NCBI GenBank assembly: GCA_043813605.1
Contig: JBDRKX010000062.1
Location: 1-26,995 of the forward strand
DNA: 26,995 bases
DNA from: Elusimicrobiota bacterium
GTDB taxonomy: Bacteria > CG03 > SLGR01 > JBDRKX01
Direction of reading: 5' to 3'
Shown: one piece after another, positions 11,243 to 20,453 of the stretch
Layout: each line of letters starts with the position of its first letter
How positions within the stretch are numbered: position 1 is the first letter of the stretch
Program-made: the position numbers and the translations under genes
The notes under the pieces: model-generated
Seen by the model: only the letters and a program-made list of their open reading frames with translations
Told to the model about the DNA's origin: nothing
Databases searched by the model: none

Positions 11243-11803
11243 TTATGATCTCTCCTTCATAGCGATAATATCCGCCTCCAGGTTAACAGTCAGTGAAGAA
11301 CCTGCACCGTCAAGATTTGTCCTTTTTACTGTCTCAGGTATTATTCCCACTTTGAAATAATCTTTCCCGACCTCATTAACAGTCAGCGAGACCCCGTTTA
11401 CCGCAACCGAACCTTTTTCTGAAAGCCTGGCCGTAAATCCTCTCGAAGCCCTGATCGTCAGGTGCTTTGTCTTTCCGGAAACCCTGGAGGATATGATCTT
11501 TCCCACTTCCATAACATGACCGTATACAATATGGCCTCCGAGCCTTCCGCCCATGACCATCGCCCTTTCAAGGTTAACCCGGCTCCCCGTCCTCAATCTC
11601 AAAAGAGCAGACTTTTTCATGGTCTCTGCTCCTATATCCATAATGTATCTGTTTTTCTTCTGTAAATCTGTTACTGTAAGGCAGACACCGTCCACCATCA
11701 GGCTGTCGCCTGCTTTGATATCCGTCAAAACGGTTTCGATACATAAAGTATTTCCCCTTACATACACGACCCGGCCGCAATCCTCAACAAGTCCCGTAAA
11801 CAT
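11243..11803 (-). CDS. ribE: Riboflavin synthase (alpha chain)
   Basis: N-terminus MFTGLVE; DGVCLTV; VNLERA; GGHIVYGHV; NGVSLTV. Confidence 0.95.
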   Translation of the reverse strand: MFTGLVEDCGRVVYVRGNTLCIETVLTDIKAGDSLMVDGVCLTVTDLQKKNRYIMDIGAETMKKSALLRLRTGSRVNLERAMVMGGRLGGHIVYGHVMEVGKIISSRVSGKTKHLTIRASRGFTARLSEKGSVAVNGVSLTVNEVGKDYFKVGIIPETVKRTNLDGAGSSLTVNLEADIIAMKERS

Positions 11804-11806
11804 CGT

Positions 11807-12886
11807 TTATCCTATGTCTCCCTGCATTACTATATCACTGCCTATCTCGAACCTTTTAATACCGGATAGTCTGAGCGCCTTTTTGAGCGAACTTATACCC
11901 GTACCGTCACAAGCCGTGGGAGCGTCCCTCCCCCCTATTATTATTGGCGCATAAATATAAATAATGCGGTTCACATTACCGTCATCAATAAAATTACCTA
12001 TAGTATCACCGCCTCCCTCGACAAGAAGCGATATCATCTTTCTTTCATACAGGTAATCCAATACGCATGTCGTATCAATACGGCCGTTCTTACACGGCGC
12101 TTTTACAATATCAGTATTTTTATCCGCGAACATCCTGATCTTTTCCGGATCAGAATCATATTGCGTGAAGACCACTGTGTTTTCTCCTATTATCTTAGTT
12201 CCCGGATCGATAGAAAGCCGGGGATCGATTACAATCCTCAACGGGTTCTTTGCCGCAGGTTCTGTCATGCGGTACGTAAGTTCCGGATCATCCTTGTTTA
12301 CTGTTCCGGCACCTGCGAGTATCGCGTCATTTTCCCCTCTTAATCTCATAGTAAAATCCCTTGACTGGGATCCGGACACCCATCGGCTTTCACCGTCTTT
12401 CGTTGCGATCTTTCCATCCCATGAAAGGGCCGCTTTAACTGTTACAAACGGCTTTTTATTTACCTGATATTCTACATAATCTCTTATGAGCTCACGCGCT
12501 TCTTCCTCCATTATACCGCAGATCACCTCGATTCCCGATTCTTTGAGACGGCCGATTCCGCTTACCACAGGATCCGGATCTTCTATGCCGATTACAACCT
12601 TTGATATTCCCTCTTTAATGATCCTTTCCGTACATGGCGGAGTTTTCCCTTGATGAGAACACGGCTCCAGGGTAACGTACATAGTCGCATCCTTCACACC
12701 GGCAGAAGCGGATTCTATTGCTTCCGTCTCTGCATGTGGACCGCCAAACCTTGTATGATAACCCTCACCTATCACTTTTTTGTTTTTCACTATGACACAA
12801 CCGACTCTCGGATTGGGAGAAGTATTGTTCATTCCCAGCCTTCCGAGCTCAATAGCCCTCATCATATATTTGTCTGTTATGTCCAT
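11807..12886 (-). CDS. ribD: Bifunctional pyrimidine deaminase/reductase RibD
   Basis: PNPRVGCVIV; HAE; TLEPCSHQGKTPPC; DGKIA; LLVEGG. Confidence 0.98.
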   Translation of the reverse strand: MDITDKYMMRAIELGRLGMNNTSPNPRVGCVIVKNKKVIGEGYHTRFGGPHAETEAIESASAGVKDATMYVTLEPCSHQGKTPPCTERIIKEGISKVVIGIEDPDPVVSGIGRLKESGIEVICGIMEEEARELIRDYVEYQVNKKPFVTVKAALSWDGKIATKDGESRWVSGSQSRDFTMRLRGENDAILAGAGTVNKDDPELTYRMTEPAAKNPLRIVIDPRLSIDPGTKIIGENTVVFTQYDSDPEKIRMFADKNTDIVKAPCKNGRIDTTCVLDYLYERKMISLLVEGGGDTIGNFIDDGNVNRIIYIYAPIIIGGRDAPTACDGTGISSLKKALRLSGIKRFEIGSDIVMQGDIG

Positions 12887-12890
12887 AATA

Positions 12891-12918
12891 AATAAAAAAA
12901 CCGGAGCCTTTGCTCCGG
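12891..12918 (-). terminator. Intrinsic terminator (riboswitch expression platform) upstream of ribD
   Basis: The minus strand reads CCGGAGC-AAAG-GCTCCGG followed by TTTTTTATTT, between the aptamer and the ribD ATG. Confidence 0.85.
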
Positions 12919-12949
12919 GATTTTAGTTCCATATCATCAAAAGAAAGAC

Positions 12950-13088
12950 ATCTTCTTCCATCCGGCCTCTAACCGTCGGTATCTGTTTTACACAGATTCA
13001 GCCCGCACTGATCTGCAGGCTCGCGGACTCCCGGATACTTTATTATCCGATCACCGCCGGCTGGGATTTCCACCCAATCCCGAAGACT
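12950..13088 (-). ncRNA. FMN riboswitch (RFN element)
   Basis: Minus strand: GTCTTCGGGATTGGGTGGAAATCCCAGCCGGCGGT...AGTCCGCGA...GCTGAATCTGTGTAAAACAGATACCGACGGTTAGAGGCCGGATGGAAGAAGA matches the RFN conserved blocks; located directly 5' of the rib operon. Confidence 0.93.
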
Positions 13089-13093
13089 TTTTT

Positions 13094-13122
13094 ATTTTAG
13101 CTGAATATATCAATTTTGTCAA
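13094..13122 (-). promoter_or_regulatory. Sigma70-type promoter for the FMN riboswitch/rib operon
   Basis: TTGACA (13122-13117), 17 bp spacer, TAAAAT (13099-13094), a few nt before the aptamer. Confidence 0.75.
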
Positions 13123-13238
13123 ACATATTTTTAATGTATTTTTATTGTATATGATTGACAGCATATATTAATAAATAATTAATAATATACTTTAATTGTG
13201 TCACTGAGATATTATTCATTGTATTCCGCAAAATATTC

Positions 13239-15089
13239 TTAGTATAACGGAAGATCTTCAACTTCAATACCCTGTTGAGGAGCTTTTTCCGGTTCGTTTG
13301 TTCCTTCCAGGAAATCAAATGCCGTATCTTCCTGCCGCTGTTTTTCAGCCGCTTCTTTGATAGCCCTGTCTATTTCTTGAATATACTGAACTGCTTCAGT
13401 ATGCCGATTATTGATTTCAAGTATCTTATAGAACTCTTTTTTTGCTTTCTGGTATTTTTTATTACTAAACTCTTTTTTCCCTTTTTTAAGATAATCGGAT
13501 ATCTTTTTTTCTTCTTTATGGTCCCTGTCTATTTTTTCGGCAATGGCAATATATTCAACTGCTTCTTTGTTTTCAGGATCGATCTTCAGCGTCTTTTTAA
13601 ATTCCTTTATAGCCTTATCATATTTTTTTCTTTCATAGTAACCCATGCCTCTGTCAAGATAGTATTCCTCTTTACCGGTCTTCCCCGATTCTATTATTTC
13701 TGTTATCTTTTCTTCAGTCATTTCCGTTTCTGCATAAACATCAGCGTTATCCCCGATGACTTCAGCTTCGCCGGGGCTCTCCTTGTCAGGTACCCCTTCA
13801 TTTTCTTCAGCCGCACCCGGCTTCTTCAACGGTTCCGGGATCTCTTCTTCTTCCTGTTCCGCTATAGATACAGGAACAACCTTGTCCGGTACAGCCTTTT
13901 TCTCTTTCTTCTTTTCTATCTTAAAGAAAGGAGTGTCCTTTTTCTTTATTTCAGTTTCTGCGCGCTCTATATATTTTATTGACTGAAAATGCACCGTATC
14001 TATTTCAAGGATCTTCTTGAATTCCATTATGGATTCCGGATATTTTTCTTCGGCAAAATATTGCCGGCCCTTCAAAAAGCATTTTTTCTTAAGTTCAAGG
14101 ACTTCTTCTTTTTCTATTTTTTCTTCTCCGGGCACTCTTCTTGTTTTACCTGAAAATGTGTACCTGAAAGATATTCTATGAGTACTGCCGAGACTGCCAT
14201 ATGGCACCCATGCATAATCGACGACGACACCCGCCAATCCCAGTCCGCCGCCGAACGACAGGCCGGATGTAACTCCCAGGTCATTCAATGTCGATGTCCT
14301 GTATCCCGTCCTCAGCCAGCAATCCATTCCTGCCACACGCATGTTATATTCCCCGCCGGCATGGACACTCGGACTGTTATCTATTGGAAAATTGCTGTCA
14401 AAATATATACTAAGCCGCTCGGGGACCGCACTGTAACATATCCCGGATTTTATATTCAGCGGAAGCGGTTCCGATATTTCCCTGTACTTTATTCCCATCC
14501 CGGCGTTCTGAAGCGAACACCCGAAAAAAAGCCTGTCGTCCATAAATCCCTTCATATATCCTATATCTCCGGCAAATGCCAGAGCTTTTTCATCATCTAT
14601 GGCTGACTGAATAAACTTTATATTTATGCCGCACATGTTTGAATTGATCACCTTTGCGCCCGAAATTATTATAATTATATCATAGGGGCTGTATTGTTCT
14701 CCTGATGCCGCTCCCGTATTATAGTATCCTGCAATAGGGTCCATACCAAGATAGTTCACTGAAACTGCCGCAACCCCTTTCCTGCCGGGATATGCAAATG
14801 TCAAATAGTCATAAAATATATCTTCGAACCATACAGCATGCATTGCACTTATCTGCATATCCCTGATGCTTGACAGTCCGGCAGGATTCCAATACACCGC
14901 ATCAGGATTGCCGTAAGCCGCGCAATACGCCTCGCCCATACCTGCGGCCCTGCTTCCCATAGGCAGCTTCATAAATGCAGCCGATGTTGTCCCTAAATTA
15001 TCCCTGTTAAAAAAAGCGGCCGTACAGTACTGACATACTGATAATATGAACAGTATTGAAACAAATATTGCCTTTTGATGTTTTCTCAT
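13239..15089 (-). CDS. PorV/PorQ-family beta-barrel with a long C-terminal extension (TPR, acidic linker, two more TPRs)
   Basis: Signal peptide; FMKLPMGSRAAGMGEAY; AVYWNPAGL; barrel end VDYAWVPYGSLGSTHRISFRYTF; TPRs GRQYFAEEKYPESIMEFKKILEID, GMGYYERKKYDKAIKEFKKTLKIDPEN, GKKEFSNKKYQKAKKEFYKILEIN. Confidence 0.85.
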   Translation of the reverse strand: MRKHQKAIFVSILFILSVCQYCTAAFFNRDNLGTTSAAFMKLPMGSRAAGMGEAYCAAYGNPDAVYWNPAGLSSIRDMQISAMHAVWFEDIFYDYLTFAYPGRKGVAAVSVNYLGMDPIAGYYNTGAASGEQYSPYDIIIIISGAKVINSNMCGINIKFIQSAIDDEKALAFAGDIGYMKGFMDDRLFFGCSLQNAGMGIKYREISEPLPLNIKSGICYSAVPERLSIYFDSNFPIDNSPSVHAGGEYNMRVAGMDCWLRTGYRTSTLNDLGVTSGLSFGGGLGLAGVVVDYAWVPYGSLGSTHRISFRYTFSGKTRRVPGEEKIEKEEVLELKKKCFLKGRQYFAEEKYPESIMEFKKILEIDTVHFQSIKYIERAETEIKKKDTPFFKIEKKKEKKAVPDKVVPVSIAEQEEEEIPEPLKKPGAAEENEGVPDKESPGEAEVIGDNADVYAETEMTEEKITEIIESGKTGKEEYYLDRGMGYYERKKYDKAIKEFKKTLKIDPENKEAVEYIAIAEKIDRDHKEEKKISDYLKKGKKEFSNKKYQKAKKEFYKILEINNRHTEAVQYIQEIDRAIKEAAEKQRQEDTAFDFLEGTNEPEKAPQQGIEVEDLPLY

Positions 15090-15604
15090 CTTATTATTGA
15101 AAATTTCCCGGTCTTTTTAGTCCCGCCTGGATCTTCTATGTAGAATATGTATACACCGCTTGCCAGGTCTTTCCCGCTGCTGCTTTTAGGTTCCCAGACG
15201 AGCTTATCGATCAGCGAATCTTTTTCAATCTCTGCCACTTTCTCGCCTGCTATATTATAGATCTCTATAGAAGCTCTGCTTGTCAGTCCTCCGAATGTAA
15301 TATAATCTGCGTCATAGAGACCGCCTGAACCGGGTTTGTACGGATTCGGGTATGCGTAAGCATCTTTAATATCCGTTGCAGGTGCGGATTGAACAGTTGC
15401 TACAGCATTATTTACAAAACCGGAACCGGATGAATAAATGCTGAAAACCATGCTTTTAACTCCGGCTGCCGGATTTCCGTTTGAATCAAGCAGTTGTCCC
15501 TGGAAACTTATCTTTTCGGGTATAGCCGTCTCACCGGCTGCTACTGATACGACCATCAGCAATATTGCATACACCGCTGCTCTGAAATATTTTTTATTAC
15601 ACAT
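15086..15604 (-). CDS. Short secreted protein with a T9SS-like C-terminal sorting domain; possibly a deletion-fusion
   Basis: RBS GGAGG; signal peptide; CTD AYAYPNPYKP...ITFGGL...IEIYNIAGEKV...W...SGKDLASGVYIFYI...GKFSIIR; ATGA overlap with the PorV-like gene. Confidence 0.8.
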   Translation of the reverse strand: MCNKKYFRAAVYAILLMVVSVAAGETAIPEKISFQGQLLDSNGNPAAGVKSMVFSIYSSGSGFVNNAVATVQSAPATDIKDAYAYPNPYKPGSGGLYDADYITFGGLTSRASIEIYNIAGEKVAEIEKDSLIDKLVWEPKSSSGKDLASGVYIFYIEDPGGTKKTGKFSIIR

Positions 15605-15690
15605 AATATACCTCCATTATTAAAATATAATTATATTTAATAATTAATAAGCAAAGATTGGATTTATTTCAAGGTCTAACGGAAAATTAG

Positions 15691-15715
15691 TATTACCGGT
15701 CAGATACCAGTAATA
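15691..15715 (-). terminator. Possible terminator hairpin downstream of thi4
   Basis: Minus strand TATTACTGGT-ATCTG-ACCGGTAATA (10-bp stem with one G-U pair), followed by CTAATTTT; the U-tract is weak. Confidence 0.4.
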
Positions 15716-15777
15716 GGACTTTTTTATGTAAGTATTGTCTGCAGTTGCCTGTTTAGTGTATAGATAAGGATATTAAT

Positions 15778-16533
15778 TTATTTCAGCATCTCGGCTATTT
15801 TTCTGCCTGAAAGGAGCATACCGCCGAATACAGGCCCCATTCTCGGTGAACCGAACGCTGCATTTGCAGCCATACCGCAGACATACAGTCCGCCGTATAT
15901 TTCTTTCGTGTTTTCAACAACCAGAGACTCCGCTTTTTCTGCCCACATCGATTTTTCACCCAGTATTTTGCCTGTCTCTGTTTTTAGCCTTCCGGTCTTC
16001 TTTTCTACTATTTTGCATATTTCAAGGGAATGGCCGGTAGCATCTATTACCGCTTTAGATCTCACTGTAACAGGATCTACATGAAGGCCTGCTGACTCTA
16101 CTGCCGTCCAGTTTATTACTACACCGCAAACACAGTCTTCCCGCATCATTACATCTTCTATAGATATGCAGTTGAAGATCCGGCATCCCGCATCACAGCA
16201 GCCTGCAACCAGTTTACCTACCGATTCTATTGAAGAGGCGACATAATTACCTTCGTCACCTGAATACTTTATGCCGAATTCATCAAGGATCTCCAGTGCC
16301 GGTTCCTGTACAACGATCTTCGGAAACATCATTCCGCCTCCCCACATACCGCCTCCTAATGAAAGTTTCCTTTCAAAAAGCACGACCTTTTTGCCGCTTT
16401 TGGCAAGGTAAGTACCCGCAACCAGGCCGGCAGGACCGCCGCCGCCTATAATAACATCGACATCCAGACTATCCAGTAATTCGTCTGTTGCGGTCTTGAT
16501 TATACTTTTTGTAACTTTTATCTCATCAATCAT
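15778..16533 (-). CDS. thi4: Sulfide-dependent adenosine diphosphate thiazole synthase (non-Cys Thi4)
   Basis: [29 protein letters not shown] (His at the position of yeast Cys205); [18 protein letters not shown]. Confidence 0.93.
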   Translation of the reverse strand: MIDEIKVTKSIIKTATDELLDSLDVDVIIGGGGPAGLVAGTYLAKSGKKVVLFERKLSLGGGMWGGGMMFPKIVVQEPALEILDEFGIKYSGDEGNYVASSIESVGKLVAGCCDAGCRIFNCISIEDVMMREDCVCGVVINWTAVESAGLHVDPVTVRSKAVIDATGHSLEICKIVEKKTGRLKTETGKILGEKSMWAEKAESLVVENTKEIYGGLYVCGMAANAAFGSPRMGPVFGGMLLSGRKIAEMLK

Positions 16534-16625
16534 ATTTTACTCTCCGATCTAACTGTATCCTTCATAACTACACGGCACTTAGCCGTTTTTCATCCGTCGT
16601 TTCCACAAATCCCCCGGCAGATCTT

Positions 16626-17033
16626 CTAAAAATGAAGCTCCATCGCATTTACCGGGCACGGGGCTATGCAAAGTTCACATGCAATGCATTTTTCCGAATC
16701 AAAAATAATCTCTCTTGTCTCGACGTCAACTTTCAGAGCTTCGGTAGGACAGAACGTTACGCATGCGCCGCAATGCGTACATTTTTCATCATCTCTTTTG
16801 ATATCTTTGGAAAGAGGCTCAATAGTGATCCCTATTCCCTCCAGGTATTTGATCCCGGCATTATACTGTTTTTCATCTCCGTGAAGTTCCAGTACCATCA
16901 CGCCTTCCTGTTCCGGAAGTATTTTTGCCTTGAGTATATTGAAGCTGAGGTCGTATTCTTTTACTAAAGTGACGACTATCGGCTGATTTACAAGATTATA
17001 CGGAAAATGAAGTACTATTTTTTTCTTCGGCAT
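16626..17033 (-). CDS. NIL-domain / 2x[4Fe-4S] ferredoxin (MA1822-like partner of COG1900)
   Basis: LVKEYDLSFNILKAKI...EGVMVLEL NIL domain; CTHCGACVTFCP and CIACELCIAPCP. Confidence 0.88.
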   Translation of the reverse strand: MPKKKIVLHFPYNLVNQPIVVTLVKEYDLSFNILKAKILPEQEGVMVLELHGDEKQYNAGIKYLEGIGITIEPLSKDIKRDDEKCTHCGACVTFCPTEALKVDVETREIIFDSEKCIACELCIAPCPVNAMELHF

Positions 17034-17047
17034 ATTATATATCTCCC

Positions 17048-18469
17048 CTAATACCTGACTCTCACTTTGTATTTCAGGATATCTTTATCCTTCTTGCGGA
17101 TTTTGATATCAAACTTAACGGAAAACGCATCTACCTTTTCATATTCATGTGAACTCTCGATTATTTCCCAGTCGCCGTTTAGCTGTTCATGAACAGATAC
17201 AGTTATATCTTCGTCCTTATGATTTTTCAGAATTACTTCCCAGGACGTCTCATAAGCATTATCGTAGAGTTTATTAAAATCGGTCTGGGTCCTCTCACAT
17301 ACAATATCAAAAGCATTTCCCGCCTTCAGTCTCACCTGTTCATCTTCCGGAGTATGTTCTATCAAGTCTTCTCCGATAAACTGAAGACTTCCCCCTGAAT
17401 CCTCCCTGTACATCCTTACCGTTCCTTTAGGAAGCGCCATACCAAGATTAGAATCTTTGGAGTTCTTGAATATTACATATACGCTGACATCATGCTTCTG
17501 TTTCTTTGCACCGTATCTGGACATAAAATACCCAGGCCCGGATTCAGCAATAAATCTCTTTTCAACTGCTACTTTTTGTACATTCAGCAGACTGATCTGT
17601 TTCTGCTGATTATTCTTAAGTGTAGAAGGCCGCTCCAGAGTATAAAGATGATATTCAAAAAATCCTTCTTCCCTGAAACCCCCGGCTCTTTTTACTGACA
17701 TGTCAGCCTCCGCTGCCATATTCCCCATTCTGCTATAGTTCCCAGGCGCCATATGCACATCACCCGCAATAAGTTTCAGCTTAGCATTATTGTATGCTGT
17801 CCCGCTTTTATTGTTTATTGTTACCCAACCTGAAAAATCCGCCGTCTTGTTATCATTACCCAGTACCATTACGTAATCTGCCTTCCAGTTTATATCAGCT
17901 GTAAGATATGATGCTTCGATCATGTGCATGCCGCCCGCATCATTATCCAGCAGCCAGACAAGGGTCGGCCGCGATATAAGGTTCTCGGGTATCTCCGGCA
18001 GTATCTGGTATCCCGGAAATCCGAGATGTATCTCGCCGTTTATCTCGTAAACAGGTTTGTCATTATTGCTCAGGAGCTTTGCATCAACGGTTCTTTCGGG
18101 ATTACTGTCATTATCATAAGAGATCAGCTTGATTTTTTTACCGATATACTTATCCAGGAGTTTGGAGGTGTTCATCAGATCATATTCGTAATTCTGTTCA
18201 AGTATCGCCAGTTTGTCTCCATGGTCTATCGATTTAATATGAACTGTTTCAGGTCTTATCGAAGAAGCCACATCCATGAATTTAAGATCAAGTATCCCCG
18301 AAGTGATCCTGATATTCCGGACATCCTTCACCAAAGCGAGATTGTTATTATAAACAGTTATTTCAAGTGATTTTTGATCCGATGCATCGGTCTTACTCCC
18401 TGCTGAATATAACGGTATGCAGACGATCGCCTGTAATGTCATATATGCCAGTATATGAGCTAATTTCAT
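17048..18469 (-). CDS. Exported DUF4139/DUF4140-family protein
   Basis: Signal peptide; ITVYNNNLALVKDVR; ILEQNYEYDL; YLTADINWKADY; FFEYHLYTL; LGMALPKGTVR; FIGEDLIEHTP. Confidence 0.85.
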   Translation of the reverse strand: MKLAHILAYMTLQAIVCIPLYSAGSKTDASDQKSLEITVYNNNLALVKDVRNIRITSGILDLKFMDVASSIRPETVHIKSIDHGDKLAILEQNYEYDLMNTSKLLDKYIGKKIKLISYDNDSNPERTVDAKLLSNNDKPVYEINGEIHLGFPGYQILPEIPENLISRPTLVWLLDNDAGGMHMIEASYLTADINWKADYVMVLGNDNKTADFSGWVTINNKSGTAYNNAKLKLIAGDVHMAPGNYSRMGNMAAEADMSVKRAGGFREEGFFEYHLYTLERPSTLKNNQQKQISLLNVQKVAVEKRFIAESGPGYFMSRYGAKKQKHDVSVYVIFKNSKDSNLGMALPKGTVRMYREDSGGSLQFIGEDLIEHTPEDEQVRLKAGNAFDIVCERTQTDFNKLYDNAYETSWEVILKNHKDEDITVSVHEQLNGDWEIIESSHEYEKVDAFSVKFDIKIRKKDKDILKYKVRVRY

Positions 18470-19662
18470 CAGTTTGTATCCTTCATGTTCTTAAACCTGA
18501 TATCAGAACTCGAATCAGGAATAGTCATCTGGGGCTCTCCCAGCAGGAATTCCCCTTTTTCTATCCATTCTTTCAAAATACATGCTATCTTAACCGCCCG
18601 GGAATATGAGGAAAGTGAAGCTGTAGGAACATCTTTTTTATCTATTTTTATCATACCGGACTTCAGTTCCCCGTATGTGACTCTTCCGAGTGTTTTCCCT
18701 GTAGCATTGGGATAATCATAAGAATAATCGACTATCGGACAACTAATATCGTCATCAGACGCACCGCAGCTGAGCGCTATCCTTTCATCCAGTACCGGTA
18801 TCGGTATCCCAATCCCGACCATAAGGCTTGCGCCATACCCGACCATCGATACTCCCCTTATCCATTCTGCAGACATCTCCTTCAGATTTCCTGTTACCAT
18901 CAGCGTACCGGCAGCTGCCATTGGAATATCCAGGTCTGTTCTCGGTACGCATGGAGAATGCTGAGTCCCGTTCCATGTAACAAAGCCCTGAGCTCCGCCG
19001 AGGAATATCCTGGTTCCCAGTCCTATTGTCCTGTATTCAGGATCATTTAAAAGTGGCGATAACTGGCCCGCACTGCAGTAATTGGCATTACCTAATCCCG
19101 GTTTCAAAGTACCCATATATGTATAGATCGTCTTTTTTGAACAGTTTACCGCACAATTGTAATTCTGGTAAGCATTCCTGGGATTACACATCACCGCCTC
19201 ATTAATATCATCCAGCGATATCTCGGTTTCAATTTCATTGTTGGGATAACAATCGGTACCGTACGATACCGCTTTTAGTTTTACTTTTTTTCCGGCTACG
19301 AGGTCTTCAATAACATGGCCGCCGCCGTAATGGAATTGGCCCGGATGTTCCTTATTGAGCGGGTCATTCCAGGGCATCTGGGTCGCGCCCAGATACACAT
19401 CGACAGCAGCAAGTCCTGCACATACCTCAACTTCATTCAGCCATGCTTTCTGTATCTTTATCTTCGGATTGGAATGCCCCAGATTGAGGAAAACCCCTGA
19501 GGAACACATCGGGCCGAAAGTCCCGGTTGTCACTACATCAACATAATCTGCCGCCTCTTGCGCTCCTCTCTCCCGGACTATAGGGATCATCTCCTCAGCT
19601 GTTACTATCACAGCTTTGCCAAGTTTTATTTTTTCGTTTATGTCTCTTATAGTTTTAGCCAT
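18469..19662 (-). CDS. Homocysteine biosynthesis protein / L-aspartate semialdehyde sulfurtransferase (COG1900, DUF39); no CBS domains seen
   Basis: KTIRDINEKIK; DVVTTGTFGPMCSSG (conserved Cys); YGGGHVIEDL; GTDCYP; NPRNAYQNY; LSPLLNDP; GIGIPIP; RBS GGAGG. Confidence 0.9.
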   Translation of the reverse strand: MAKTIRDINEKIKLGKAVIVTAEEMIPIVRERGAQEAADYVDVVTTGTFGPMCSSGVFLNLGHSNPKIKIQKAWLNEVEVCAGLAAVDVYLGATQMPWNDPLNKEHPGQFHYGGGHVIEDLVAGKKVKLKAVSYGTDCYPNNEIETEISLDDINEAVMCNPRNAYQNYNCAVNCSKKTIYTYMGTLKPGLGNANYCSAGQLSPLLNDPEYRTIGLGTRIFLGGAQGFVTWNGTQHSPCVPRTDLDIPMAAAGTLMVTGNLKEMSAEWIRGVSMVGYGASLMVGIGIPIPVLDERIALSCGASDDDISCPIVDYSYDYPNATGKTLGRVTYGELKSGMIKIDKKDVPTASLSSYSRAVKIACILKEWIEKGEFLLGEPQMTIPDSSSDIRFKNMKDTN

Positions 19663-19718
19663 TTATTCCTCCAAAACAGCGCTTTTATACTGTATATTAT
19701 TCAGATATATTAGTATAT

Positions 19719-20453
19719 TTATTTAATTTTGCAAATCTCCATATCGCCCTTCACTCCCATCTTGTCCCCAATTATAATCATACAGCCGCATATACCTTGT
19801 AAAGTTTGTGCGTATTCTAATCCTGTTTCTATATCCGAATGTGTGTTTATCCTGTTACCTACAGCTGTTGCCGCCGCATCAGACAATGAAGCGCTTGAAG
19901 AAAGGCATACCACTGCATCAGCATTACCGTACGAGACAGAATGGCCTACCGTACCTGATGACGTACACATACCCATAGGGCTCATCTCAGGAACAAGTTT
20001 TATTCCGATCCTCATGCTGAACGGTGAGTCTCCGGCAAAAACTGCAACCGTCTTCCCTTCTTTTATGTCAAAATAAATATCTCCGCCGTTTTCTACGATA
20101 ACCTCATCAGAGTATTTGGACAGCTCTACACCTACCGCTTCGGATACGGCTCCGGCGACAGCAGCCATCGGACCGACACCCGCCGTTCTTGATGCCAGAA
20201 TCATGTTCCTGACAATATCAGGCATACAGGACTCTTCGGAGACAGGCTCCATCGCAGTCTTGAACGACGGATGTCTGTCGATATATTCATGCAATTCTTC
20301 TCTTGCTTTCTTCAGGGCAGCAAGCGCTTCTGCACTCAGGTCGCTTTTTGTTGATATATACAGGTCGGACTCGGCCATGCAGACTTTATATGTATTCATA
20401 CCGGGATTAAAAACTCTATTCCGGTAGTCCCGTTTTGAGTAGAGCTTCACCAT
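19719..20453 (-). CDS. UPF0280 / COG2122 ApbE-like protein (MA1715-like)
   Basis: GVGPMAAVAGA; VIVENGGDI; CTSSGTVGHSVSYGNADA; SDAAATAVGN. Confidence 0.9.
   Translation of the reverse strand: MVKLYSKRDYRNRVFNPGMNTYKVCMAESDLYISTKSDLSAEALAALKKAREELHEYIDRHPSFKTAMEPVSEESCMPDIVRNMILASRTAGVGPMAAVAGAVSEAVGVELSKYSDEVIVENGGDIYFDIKEGKTVAVFAGDSPFSMRIGIKLVPEMSPMGMCTSSGTVGHSVSYGNADAVVCLSSSASLSDAAATAVGNRINTHSDIETGLEYAQTLQGICGCMIIIGDKMGVKGDMEICKIK

Noticed and set aside
13155..13190. Plus-strand promoter (TTGACA at 13155)
   Set aside because: No good -10 box at 16-18 bp spacing and no plus-strand gene downstream.
13275..13982. 235-aa Phe-rich plus-strand ORF resembling a membrane protein
   Set aside because: Antisense shadow of the Lys/Glu-rich TPR tail.
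16534..16625. TPP riboswitch upstream of thi4
   Set aside because: No CTGAGA or CCTGAxCxGGxTAATxCC-like core is visible on the minus strand.
19663..19718. SAM riboswitch upstream of the homocysteine gene
   Set aside because: The gap is only 56 bp, AT-rich, and lacks S-box motifs.
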